64,000 nucleotides of DNA from assembly GCF_006345805.1 (NCBI RefSeq), contig NC_043004.1, positions 98,766,001 through 98,830,000 on the forward strand, written 5' to 3'. Under the pieces are notes generated by a model. The model saw nothing but the letters and a program-made list of their open reading frames with translations, made no database searches and was not told the DNA's origin. The stretch's first letter is position 1; every line of letters starts with the position of its first letter. Below are positions 24,311 to 36,360 of this stretch, in pieces. The stretch is from Octopus sinensis (Eukaryota). The translations under genes and the position numbers were made by a program.

Positions 24311-26787
24311 GGTGCAGGTGTAGCTGTGTGGTAAGTAACTTGCTTATGAACCACATGGTTCTGGGTTCAGTCCCACTGCATGGCACCTTGGGCAAGTGTC
24401 TTCTACTATAGCCTCAGGCCGACCAAAGCCTTGTGAGTGGATTTGGTAGACAGAAACTGAAAGAGGCCAGTCGTATATATGTGTATATATATATATATAT
24501 ATATCATCATCATCATCATCATCATCATCATTTAACGTCCGCTTTCCATGCTAGCATGGGTTGGACGGTTCAACTGGGGTCTGGGGAGCCCGAAAGCTGC
24601 ACCAGTCCAGTCAGATCTGGCAGTGTTTCTACAGCTGGATGCCCTTCCTAACGCCAACCACTCCGAGAGTGTAGTGGGTGATTTTATGTGCCACCGACAC
24701 AGGTGCCAGACGAGGCTGGCAAACGGCCACGCTCGGATGGTGTTTTTTATGTGCCACCGACACAGGTGCCAGACGAGGCTGGCAGACGGCCATGCTCGGA
24801 TGGTGTTTTTTATGTGCCACCGACACAGGTGCCAGACGAGGCTGGCAGACGGCCACGCTCGGATGGTGTTTTTATGTGCCACCGACACAGGTGCCAGACG
24901 AGGCTGGCAGACGGCCACGCTCGGATGGTGTTTTTATGTGCCACCGACACAGGTGCCAGATGAGGCTAGCAAACGGCCACGATCGGATGGTGCTTGTTAC
25001 GTGCCCACAGCACGGAGGCCAGTCGATGCGGTACTGGCTACGGCCACGTTCGGAGAGTGGTTTTCTTATGTGCCACGTGCCACCGGCACTGGTACCACAA
25101 AGATACAAATTCCATTGATGTTCATCTATTTTGATTTGTTTTGATTTTCACTTGCCTCAACAGGTCTTCACAAGTGTCACAAGAAGGAAGGTATGCACAG
25201 GTGGACTGACTATGTCCCAGGTAGGGGCCATGGGTTATGGCCTGACTAGTCTTGCCGGGTCTTCGGATGGTGTTTTTATGTGCCACCGACACAGGTGCTA
25301 GATGAGGCTGGCGAACGGCCACGATCGGATGGTGTTTGTCATGTGCCCACCGCACTGACTACAGCACTGATGGATTTCTTGTGTGCCACAGGCACTGGTA
25401 CCACAAGATACAAATTCCATTGATGTTCATCTATTTTGTCTATTTGATTTGATTTGATTTTCACTTGCCTCAACCGGTCTTCACAGTGTCACAAGAAGGA
25501 AGGTATGCACAGGTGGACTGACTAGTCTTGCCGGGTCTTCGGAAGGTGTTTTTTATGTGCCACCGACACAGGTGCCAGATGAGGCTGGCGAACGGCCATG
25601 ATCGGATGGTGTTTGGTACGTGCCCACAGCACGGAGGCCGGTCGATGCGGAACTGGCTACGGCCACGTTCGGATGGTTCTCTTGTGTGCCACCGGCACTG
25701 GTACCACAAAGTGTGTGCCACCGGCACTGGTACCACAAAGATACAGATTCCATTGATGTTCATCTATTTTGATTTGTTTTGATTTTGATTTTCACTTGCC
25801 TCAACAGGTCTTCACAAGTGTCACAAGAAGGAAGGTATGCACAGGTGGACTGACTACGTCCCAGGTAGGGGCCATGGGTTATGGCCTGACTAGTCTTGCC
25901 GGGTCTTCGGATGGTGTTTTTATGTGCCACCGACACAGTGCTAGATGAGGCTGGCGAACGGCCACGATCGGATGGTGTTTGTCATGTGCCCACAGCACGG
26001 AGGCCAGTCGATGCGGTACTGGCTACGGCCACTTTCGGATGGTTTTCTCTTGTGTGCCACCGGCACTGGTACCACAAAGATACAAATTCCATTGATGTTC
26101 ATCTATTTTGATTTGTTTTGATTTTCACTTGCCTCAACAGGTCTTCACAAGTGTCACAAGAAGGAAGGTATGCACAGGTGGACTGACTACGTCCCAGGTA
26201 GGGGCCATGGGTTATAGCCTGACTAGTCTTGCCGGGTCTTCGGATGGTGTTTTTATGTGCCACCGACACAGGTGCTAGATGAGGCTGGCGAACGGCCACG
26301 ATCGGATGGTGTTTGTCATGTGCCCACAGCACGATGGCCAGTGATGCGGTACTGACTACGGCCATGTTCGGATGGATTCTTGTGTGCCACCGGCACTGGT
26401 ACCACAAGCGGTACTGACTACTTTTTATGTGCCACCGACACAGGTGCTAGATGAGGCTGGCGAATGGCCACGACCGGATGGTGTTTGTTATGTGCCCACA
26501 GCACGATGGCCAGTGATGCGGTACTGACTACGGCCACGTTCGATGGATTCTTGTGTGCCACCGGCACTGGTACCACAAGCGTACTGACTACGGCCACGTT
26601 CGGATGGATTCTTGTGTGCCACCGGCACTGGTACCACAAGCGGTACTGACTACGGCCACGTTCGGAAGGATTCTTGTGTGCCACCGGCACTGGTACCACA
26701 AAGATCAAATTCCATTGATGTTCATCTATTTTGATTTGTTTTGATTTTCACTTGCCTCAACAGGTCTTCACAAGGGCCCACGGGTTA

Positions 26788-26818
<31 letters not shown>

Positions 26819-27038
26819 GTGTGTGTGTGTGTATGTTTGTGTGTCTGTGTTTGTCCACCCACCATCGCTTGACAACCAATGCTGGTGTGTTTACGTCCCT
26901 GTAACTTAGCAGTTTAGCAAAAGAGACCAGTAGAATAAGTACTAGGCTTACAAAGAATAAGTCCAGGGGTCAATTACTTTGACTAAAGGCAGTGCCCCAG
27001 CATGGCCGTAGTCAAATGACTGAAACAAGTAAAGAGTA
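24311..27038 (+). mobile_element. SINE family A split by a 2.3-kb insertion in its internal microsatellite
   Basis: 5' half at 24311-24502; 3' half resumes at about 26786 and ends at 27038. Confidence 0.85.
24503..26785 (-). repeat. Family E (RTE 3'UTR) copy expanded into a two-level tandem array
   Basis: Five 62-63-bp units (starts 24686, 24749, 24812, 24874, 24936), then blocks marked by TTCCATTGATGTTCATC at about 25110, 25415, 25748, 26087 and 26710. Confidence 0.9.
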
Positions 27039-27659
27039 TCAGTTACATATATGGAAAACAGTGAAGGCACAAATGCAAACTCATTTAAGACTTTTACCAA
27101 ATTTATTACAATACTAAGTTTTTAAGCCTTGCTATTAGAAGTGTACGTTATGTATAAGAATTGTTACCCATATTTTTCTAGTCAAATATGTTGCCATATA
27201 TGGGAGGCATGACCAGAAATAAGTTAATTGTATCTACTATCCAATCTACCTGATGTGTGTAACAAAGACTTAAGGTGACTCTAATACTCCTATAATTTCC
27301 CCTGATAGGGAAAAAATGTTAAATATTTGGTACAGGAAACAGATATTTGTCCCATGGAATTACTGTTGTCAAGCTTCTGTATCTAAGGCTAGCATGTAAT
27401 AACTCCTTTGGTGAAAATATTATTTCACTTATTTAATATGAAAATTAAATGAATAAATAATGAAAAAGGAAATTATGTAGAAGCTGTCATTATTGAAAAG
27501 CGAACATAATTTGAAAAAAAAATTAAAAAATGATTTTGTTAACATCACTATATACATTTCTATTCAAAGAACGAAAATGTTCAATAATAAAAGTATTTAA
27601 ACAGAAGTGATTACATTCTGGTTGACTTTTCACAGGTTCATTCTACAGGAGATACACTT

Positions 27660-27712
27660 TTACAGCTTAGGCCAGTAAAGATCAAAGAACACTTTTAAAT
27701 TTGCATATTGTT
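27660..27712 (-). CDS. Candidate alternative terminal coding exon of the same host gene
   Basis: Acceptor ttttctcatatcttcAG (AG at 27713-27714), phase 1. Reads (E)QYANLKVFFDLYWPKL*, inside about 800 bp of unique sequence. Confidence 0.42.
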
Positions 27713-27901
27713 CTGAAGATATGAGAAAATTTTTCAATGTAATTATATGAGCTCTGACTAAGCACTTCTTTTTCTATAATTCATATTAAAGGAAAAACAA
27801 GACATGTTATACATGAGAGAAATATTTCCAGAATTTCATAGCTCATAATTAGTAGTGTGCATCATGCATGCACGTGCATTAAATACATATACATAAGGGT
27901 G

Positions 27902-27944
<43 letters not shown>

Positions 27945-28033
27945 TATATTTATACACATATATATACAAATAAGATATGTATATATATAAATGTACATAC
28001 ATATGCATAAGATATATATATATATATAGATAG

Positions 28034-28086
<53 letters not shown>

Positions 28087-29088
28087 TATAGATAGATAGA
28101 TACAGCTGCATGTTCATAACTGTGTGCATGTATGTGAGCGCATGTGTGTGTGCATGTGTGTGTGTGTGTGTGTGTGTAATGGATAGTATAGCATGAATCA
28201 GGGGAACTAATATACATTTTAATTTCTCAAAGCCCTGTTGATGGTAAAATAAGAATGTAAACACATTTCTTCTATGCTGGGATGTTTGGAAAAAAGAGCA
28301 GGTGCCCGCCTGATGGATCATTTCATGGTTCCTACTTCACTTCTTAGAGAAGCAGCACACAATTTTCTAATGTTTCCAAGTAAAGTACTTTATTCGCTTG
28401 TATGCACATGCTGACCCACTGAACTATGGGAAATATTGTTTATGCAGGATGATGATGATGATCATCCAGTGTTTTAAATCTGGGCTTTGTCCCCGCTAAT
28501 TGGGATGATCAGATCTACCTCAATGACATAGCAACCAAGATAGGCAGGTGCAGTACACACCAGCCTTTGGGCTGGCAGGTGCCATTACCCTTTACTATCA
28601 TGAGGCATTTTTGGAGCTGAATTTTCTATGAGGAGCATTGCCCGTGGTTACCCCCAACCTCAGTTTCTAGACATGAGTGGTCCCAGAGACTAAGGCCTCT
28701 AACATACTTTTGAAGAAATGTGGTGGAAAACTAGCTAAGGAAGGCAGCAACACTACTCTTTGAGACCCCTTTCAGAGCCCCCTACAAACAAATATTACCT
28801 CCACCCAAGCAGTGTCAGAGGCAAGAAATTCAGAGACAAGTACAGACTCACTGCCCCCCGCCACTCACACACAGTGAGCTGGTAGAATCTTTAGCACACC
28901 AGATAAAGTACTTAGTGGTATTTCATCTGTCTTCGCATTCTGAGTTCAAATTCCCCCAAAGTCAACTTTGCCTTTCATCCTTTTGGGGTCGATAAATTAA
29001 GTACCAGTCAATCACTGTGGTCAGTGTGATTGACTATCTCCATCCCCTCAAATTTCATGCCTTGTGTCTTTAGTAGAAAAGATTATTA

Positions 29089-29316
29089 TTAACCCTTTTG
29101 TTACTGTATTTATTTTGAGATGCTTTCTGCTTCTTTCAATTACTTTAAATACAACAAAGAACTTAATAAAATAATTCAGTTATCATTAAGCAAGTGTTAG
29201 GAACATTAATTGTGACTAAGGTTTGGTGGAAGATTTTAATTTAAAACTTAAGAAAACAAGACATTTGGACTCAGAGCCAGAGCCGGTTTCAGCCGGGTTG
29301 GTAGGGAAAGGGTTAA
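29089..29316. mobile_element. piggyBac-like MITE, second family
   Basis: TTAA-CCCTTTTGTTAC...GTAGGGAAAGGG-TTAA; 220 bp between the TTAA sites. Confidence 0.7.
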
Positions 29317-29469
29317 GGTGGCGAGCTGGCAGAACCATCCGGTTTTACGTTCTGAGTTCAAATTCCTCCGTGTCTGACTTTACTTTTTATCTTTTCGGGG
29401 GGGTCAATAAAATAAATACCAGTTGAACACCAGGGTCAATGTAATTGACCCATCCTGTCCCCCAAAATT

Positions 29470-29870
29470 GATGATATTCCTGTTAAACAACAGCAGGAGC
29501 AGCAGTAGCAACTTCAGCAGTAGTAGCCCAATTATCAGTAGTAGTAGTAGTAGTAGTAGTAGCAGCAGCAGCAGCAGTACTAGTAGTAGTAGTAGCAGCA
29601 GCAGCAGCCACAACAGCTAGTGGTAGTAGTAGTAGCAGCAGCAGCAGCAGCAGCGGTAGTAGTAGTAGTAGTAACCACAACAGCTAGTAGTGGTAGCAGT
29701 AGTATTAGTAGTAGTAGTAGCATTAGTAGTAGTAGTAGCCACAACAGCTAGTAGTGGTAGTAGTAGTATTAGTAGTAGTAGTAGTAGTAGTAGTAGCCAC
29801 AACAGCAAGTAGTAGTAGTATTAGTAGTGGTAGCAGCAGCAGCAGTAGCAGTAGTAGTAATAGTAGTAGC

Positions 29871-29934
<64 letters not shown>

Positions 29935-29984
29935 ATAGCCACAACAGCAAGTAGTAGTAGAATTAGTAGTAGCAGCAGCAGCAC

Positions 29985-30029
<45 letters not shown>

Positions 30030-30030
30030 A
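29470..30030. repeat. (AGT)n/(AGC)n compound microsatellite with a recurring CCACAACAGC spacer
   Basis: Directly visible. Confidence 0.93.
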
Positions 30031-30503
30031 TATTTATTATTCAATGGAAAGAAAGGAAACATAAAACATCACGACTGGAAGCAGGAAAATGTTGAAAAGT
30101 AAAATAAATAAATAAACATAACACAAAAAAAAAAAAAAATATATAAAAATAAAAAAATTATAGGGCTGAGTATAGATGACAAGAAATTTATGTTTTCAGC
30201 AGTTGTAAAACTTTTCTTTGATGTCAGTGAAATGTTGGAGGAGGTGTGTAGATGCAATCATTTAAAATCCAGTGAGCGTGTGCATGTCAGTGCATACGCA
30301 TATATCTTATGTGAGCAATGTATCGCTATGTTTGATTATTTTATGTGTTTTATGGGGCCATGTACAGATTACTATGCATGTCTTTATGTATAGGCATATA
30401 TATTTTTTTCAGATATATATATATATATACATGTGTGTATGTATGTATGTATTTATGTATATATGTATATATGTATATGTATATATGTATGTATGTATGT
30501 ATG

Positions 30504-30534
<31 letters not shown>

Positions 30535-30553
30535 TTATGTATGTATGTATATA

Positions 30554-30602
<49 letters not shown>

Positions 30603-30875
30603 ATGTATATATACATATGTCTGTGTGTGTGTAATGTATATATTATATATATATGCATGTATGTATGTATGTGTATGTATATATACATATACGTGTGTGT
30701 GTGTATGTATATATATATATATGTGTGTGTGGTGTGTGTATATATATTATATGTGTGTATGTAGCTATATGCATATGTTTACAAACATATGACCATGCAT
30801 GTATTCAGGTATATATATGCACGCATGTATGGATGTATTCAAAAAATTAAGTTTCATATATATATATATATACAT

Positions 30876-30926
<51 letters not shown>

Positions 30927-31149
30927 CATACACATACATATATATACGTATATGTATATATGTATGCATGTGTGTACACACACATATATATAAACACAGA
31001 CACATATAAATGTATACATACATTCACACGTTCCCATATATGCATGTATAAGTGCATATGTATATATATGTATGTGTGTGAAGGCATAATATATATATGT
31101 ATGTGTGTGTGTGCATATAAATGTATGTATGTATCATTACATGCATTCA

Positions 31150-31312
31150 TTGATCAAGATTCTACAATAGCATGATGGTGTCTGTTACTTTTAACAGAAG
31201 CTCGTGTGGTGGGAACCCAGAAGGATTCAAAGAAGTTAGGAATTCAACCGTGTAGCTGACAGTATCTGCAGCATTGGAAACTGAAAAATCTCCAGAAATC
31301 TGATCCAACACA
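31150..31312 (-). mobile_element. Helitron PIF1-like helicase fragment
   Basis: [33 protein letters not shown] matches the Helitron helicase motif EFLNSL.PSG.PPH.L.LKVG.PIMLLRNL; in-frame stop present. Confidence 0.85.
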
Positions 31313-31314
31313 CT

Positions 31315-31364
<50 letters not shown>

Positions 31365-31480
31365 CCATCACCACCACCTCCACCTCCACCACCACCACCA
31401 CCACCACCACCATCATCATCATCACCACAATCATCATCATCACAATCATCATCATTATCATCATCATCATCATCATCATC

Positions 31481-31524
<44 letters not shown>

Positions 31525-31528
31525 CCAC

Positions 31529-31567
<39 letters not shown>
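31315..31567. repeat. (CAT)n/(CAC)n microsatellite (expanded tail of a family E copy)
   Basis: Directly visible; source of the poly-M/D ORFs. Confidence 0.95.
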
Positions 31568-31637
31568 TTGACCTCTGCTTTCTATGCTGCCATAAGTTGG
31601 ACAGTCTGACTGAAAACTGGAAAGCCGAGGAGTTGCA

Positions 31638-32669
31638 CACAGAAATGGTTTTCCCACGATAGTCCCAGACCCCAGTTATCAACTCATTGTTATTGCAGCC
31701 AATCAGAGCTCAATAGACTAGTACCTTAGAATCAAAATACAGTAATTATAATATAATAGGTCCATAATTCTTTCTACAAGGCCTGAAATTTAGGGGGAAG
31801 GGGACAGTCGATTAGATCGACCCCAGTACGCAGCTGGTACTTTATCACCCCCCACCCCCAAAGGATGAAAGACAAAGTCAACCTCAGTGGAATTTGAACT
31901 CAGAACGTAAAGACAGACAAAATGCTGCTAAGCATTTTGCCCAGTGTGCTAACAATTCTGCCAGCTTGCATTCTGGTTACTCTGTCAAATGTAAAGCCTG
32001 TTTAATCACATTGTTTTAAATTAATTGTACAGCATCTTGTAACTCTGAGATATTGATGATATCCCTGTTTATTTTTAGAATGACTTTGTAGGATAGGTGT
32101 GAGAGGTCAGAGCTGGCTGGTTTGAGCATAAAACAGGAAGACAATTTTGGCCTGATATGGCCGGTTTAAACACTAAAGGGTTAAATAGATCTATAATTAC
32201 TACTAATAATATAATAGTATTCACACATTTCGTGACCGTTTTGCAATTTTTTTTTTTTTTACAAAAGCTCATAAAAGGAATAAAACTCGTTTTTCGCTGA
32301 AGACTACAGGAAAATGCACATGTAGGACTTGGAGAGCCAAAGATACATTAATAATACACACACACACATCCATAATTTGTATCAATGAATCAATGTTTAT
32401 TTATTCAAGCAGTTTCCATACTTTCATATTTGTCAAAAAATTATCTTTTATTGCACTTGTAATTCAAACCTACCGCTAACGAGCATTCAGTATAAATGAT
32501 ATTGGCATCTGAATGAGAGCACCATATAAGATTCGCATGGCAATTAGAGGTCACCGTTTTGAATGCCAACCTTTGTTAACTTGACAACAAGGTCAAGGTG
32601 AGCTCTGATTGGCTGTATGCAAATGAGTTCATTACTGGAGCCTGGAACTCTCGTGGGAAAAAAATTTTG
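31638..32669. mobile_element. Unclassified non-autonomous TIR element splitting a family E copy
   Basis: Imperfect ~65-bp inverted repeats at 31649-31712 and 32599-32661. Family E sequence stops at about 31637 and resumes at about 32670. Contains a SINE B and a piggyBac-like MITE. Confidence 0.6.
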
Positions 32670-33073
32670 CAAGCTGCGCCAGGTTCCAATCTGATTTGGC
32701 ATGGTTCCTATGGCTGGATGCCCTTCCTAGTGCTAACCACCCCAAGAGTGTAGTGGGTGCTTTTTATGCCCTTATTCTTCAATTTTTGATGGAAATCTTA
32801 CTTTTGTGTATATCTTCTATCTTTTACTTATTTTAGTCGTTAGACTGCGGCAATGCTGGGGCAAACCTTTGAACTTTTATTTATATGAATTGACCCCAAT
32901 ACGTATTTTTTAAGCCTAGTACTTATTCTATCGGTCTCTATTGCTGAACCACTAAGTTATAGGGATGCAAACATAACAAAAGCAGTTGTCAAGCAGTGGC
33001 TGGAGGACTAACACAGATAGAAAGACACACCCATAGATAGATATCTATCCATATATATATATATGTATATATA

Positions 33074-33279
33074 TAACGGGAAGGTTTACGAAAATAAACA
33101 AAAGATGAAGGCAGGTGGAGTACAAACAAACAATTGTATTAGTATGGTGCTCAGGAATAGAAATGGAACAAGTCTTTTACATTTCGAGCCTACGCTCTTC
33201 AACAGAAAGATACACAGAAAAGAAACAAGGAGAGAAACAAGGAGAGAAAAAAATGCATGTAGGAGCTAACAGTCCAACA

Positions 33280-33280
<1 letters not shown>
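33074..33280 (-). mobile_element. Penelope-like terminal repeat with a variant hammerhead (33172-33210)
   Basis: Minus strand TCTTT-CTGTTGA-A-GAGC-GTAG-GCTC-GAA-ATGT-A-AAAGA. Second copy at 62751-62935. Sits in the internal (TA)n of a SINE A. Confidence 0.65.
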
Positions 33281-33322
<42 letters not shown>

Positions 33323-33870
33323 CAGGATTCTTTCAGTTTCTGTCAACCAAATCCACTCACAAGGCTTTGGACAGCCCATGGCTATACCAGAAAACACCTG
33401 CTGAAGGTGTCATGCAGTGGAACTAAACCCAGAACCATGTGGTTGGTTAGCAAGCTTCTTACCACACAGCAATGCCTGCAGCTAAGCATTAGCACTTTCA
33501 TTGATGGTCTTAAACATTTATGAAAACATTTACAATTAGTTCATTGACAAATGAAAATCATGTACTAATTAAAAATGAATGTAAACAATTATTTCTATAA
33601 TTATAGAAGGAAAGTGAGGATGGAGATGGAAGTGCTGCCTCCCAGCCACTCCTGCATTTGCCTTTATATCCTTTATTAATGAAGACCATCTACTACAGCC
33701 ACCAAAATTGCCACATCAAGTGATTTTGCCCCATTTTGGGTGAATTACAATTCACTTATTGAAAACAACGTCCAGGCTGTTTTCCTAAAGTGGCATGAGT
33801 AATGGGACCAGTGTATTGTTGTACAAGGTAACTATTTCGAAATCTAAGTTTCAAAGTTAAAACTTAAATA

Positions 33871-34229
33871 GGCATAGGAGTGGCTGTGTGGTAAGTAGCA
33901 TGCTTACCAACCACATGGTTCCAGGTTCAGTCCCACTGTGTGTCACATTGGGAATGTGTCTTCTACTATAGCCTTGAGCCAACCAAAGCCTTGTGAGTGG
34001 ATTTGGAGAATGGAAACTGAAAGAAGCCCATCGTATATATGTGTGTGTGTATATATGTTTGTATGTCTGTGTTTGTCCCCCCAACATCGCTTGACAACCG
34101 ATGCTGGTGTGTTTACATTCCCGTAACTTAACAGTTTGGCAAAAGAGACCGATAGAATATGTACTAGGCTTACAGAGAATAAGTCCTGGGGTCGATTTGC
34201 TTGACTATAGGTGGTGCTCCAGCATGGCC
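33871..34229 (+). mobile_element. SINE family A, 3' end replaced by the family D 3' end
   Basis: Family A to 34229, then family D tail at 34232-34300. Confidence 0.8.
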
Positions 34230-34927
34230 TTGAGGGGTAACTTTATTGGTGCAATACCATGGTCATTCATGACTGAAGGTGGGGGCGAAGTCTTTACCCT
34301 TTTAGCACTTGAAGGCAGTTTTGTTCCATTAATTCCAAAAGGGTGACAAAGTTAACCTCTGTGGGATTTGAACTCAGAACATAAGGAACAGGAAGGAATT
34401 TCACTAACCATTCTGTCCAGCATGCTAATGATCCTTCCAGCTTGCAGCCTGTATATTTATAAACAATAAAAATTGCACTGAGGATAATTATAATGTCATC
34501 AGTAGCGTTTCCTTCACCACCATCAACAACTATAGGCATCACCATCATCACCACCATCAACAGTTATAGGCATCATCATCATCAACAGTTATCATCACCA
34601 TCATCAACAATTATAGGTATCACCATCATCATTATCTTCATTACCATGATCAAGAGTTATAGGCAACTCCATCATCACTATCATCATCACCATCTCTATC
34701 ACCACAGACATCAGACATCTGGCTATAAAATACTGCCTCAAATAAGAATTTAGTCAGCCTCCACCAGCAAAGGAAAGCAGAAATATAAATTATACTAAAT
34801 TATACTTTGAATTGAAGATGGTGCTACACAGTCACTTGACCTACTAAAAGCAACAACCAAATTTCCTCAAGTTACATACTAGTATTTTTAAATTAGACAG
34901 ACACAGTATAGATGGCATACACTTAAA

Positions 34928-35324
34928 TCTTTATATACAAAAGTGAGGTTGTGTGCTGTCTGTCTCCTACGATTGAGATTCCTAACTACTCCCACATTTT
35001 GCGGTGCAGTTTAACCAAAACCGGGTATCTTATAGTCGTGATTCATATCGAGTCCTTCTGGGTATTAGCGCACGTCTACGATGAGTCTACGATTTAAAAA
35101 AAAATTTACCATCAATTTTTCCCATTTTTAATGCATTTTTGGCATATATAAGGGAAGTAACTCTCTGAAAATTTATCATTAAATCTCAGAACGTAAAAAG
35201 CTACAGTAACCCCACCTCCTTTGTGGTTAGCCATATTGAGATGGCTATTATACTTTACATCTCTAAAAATGCTTATATAGTTATTTCCCTTACAAACCCG
35301 AGCAACGCCGGGCGATACTTCTAG
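34928..35324 (+). mobile_element. Non-autonomous Helitron, complete
   Basis: A|TCTTTATATAC 5' end, subterminal hairpin CCCGAGCAACGCCGGG, CTAG|T 3' end. Inserted between A and T with no TSD. Confidence 0.9.
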
Positions 35325-35422
35325 TGTACAATAAATGAGGAAAAGATGACCTGGTCATGTTTTGGAACATCTTTGGTCATGTGTCTTGTTTAGTCAGGCT
35401 TCATCTGAGGCTAAACACAAAC

Positions 35423-36360
35423 ATTGTAGTTGTAGGATTCATAACGTCAATTAACGAAAATGCAAATATATGGGAAACTACCACCCGTGTCATCTCTTGT
35501 GAAAGGTTGGAGAGTCCAGTTTGCCGGACATTGTTGTAGAGCTGAAAACGAGGCAATTTCTACTCTTCTCCTCTGGAAGCTATCTACTTGCAATACCAGA
35601 GGGCGCACACTCTTCGAGAGGCGGTTGGATGGAACCTACACTCGCCTCTTTATGAGAGCTCAAAATCTCTCGTGGAAGTGCCATCCAACCAAAGTACAAA
35701 TATATGGGAAACTACCACCTGTGTCATCTCTTGTGAAAGGTAGGAGAGTCCAGTTTGCCAGACCTTGTTGTAGAGCTGAAAACGAGGCAATTTCTACTCT
35801 TCTCCTCTGGAAGCCATCTACTCGCGATACCAGAGGGTGCACACTCTCCTATCATGATGTAATCTCCAGGGATACAGGCATCCAGCAACAGGACCTCCGT
35901 AATGCTATGATGGACCGTGAAGTCCGGCGTAGCATAGTAAATTCCATTGTCTCGACCACGGTCGAACAATGATGATGACGAGGATTCATAGAAGAAGTTT
36001 CGGTGCTTCTACAACGGCGCTTAAGGTGGTTCAGTCATGTGGCCTGGCGTCCAGAGAGTGAGCTGATTCGCGATGTCCTCTCTCCGACTTCCACTTCCCA
36101 GCTGGCGCAAACGCATGGGCGGGCAGCTGAAGACCTGGGCAACGATGATAAAAGAGGACCTCTGCGAACTCTCAGGTCCGCAGTTGGTCGGTCTGCGCAG
36201 ATGGAACCGCGAATGGCTCACTATCTCCAGTGACCTCGCACAGGATCGTCGAGCGTGGGTCGCCATGGTTCGTGATGCCATCAGGACCAGAGAAGAAGCC
36301 GGCTCAACCCGCCCTGGCTGAATGCCATCACAAATACAAGTACAAGTACGAGTAAGTACA
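35423..36360 (+). mobile_element. RTE-clade LINE 3' fragment (SR2-like), interrupted by a second RTE
   Basis: IEEVSVLLQRRLRWFSHVA...WRKRMGGQLKTWATMIKEDL...DLAQDRRAW...AGSTRPG*; (CAAGTA)n tail. Confidence 0.85.
35444..35980 (+). mobile_element. RTE-clade (RTE-X-like) LINE 3' fragment with internal 151-bp duplication, 10-bp TSD
   Basis: RLDGTYTRLFMRAQNLSW...YGKLPPVSSLVKGRRVQFA...MMDREVRR. (TGA)n tail. TSD AGGATTCATA at 35434-35443 and 35981-35990. Confidence 0.88.

Noticed and set aside
24686-25000. CRISPR-like array or coding repeat ORFs (24548-25144 etc.)
   Set aside because: Units are contiguous with no unique spacers, no cas genes are present, the context is eukaryotic, and the same unit occurs in the RTE 3'UTR.
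25130-25270. HDV-like ribozyme in the array block (minus strand has a CACTTG/CAAGTG hairpin)
   Set aside because: I could not build the nested double pseudoknot (P1, P1.1, P2, P3) by eye; a descriptor search would be needed.
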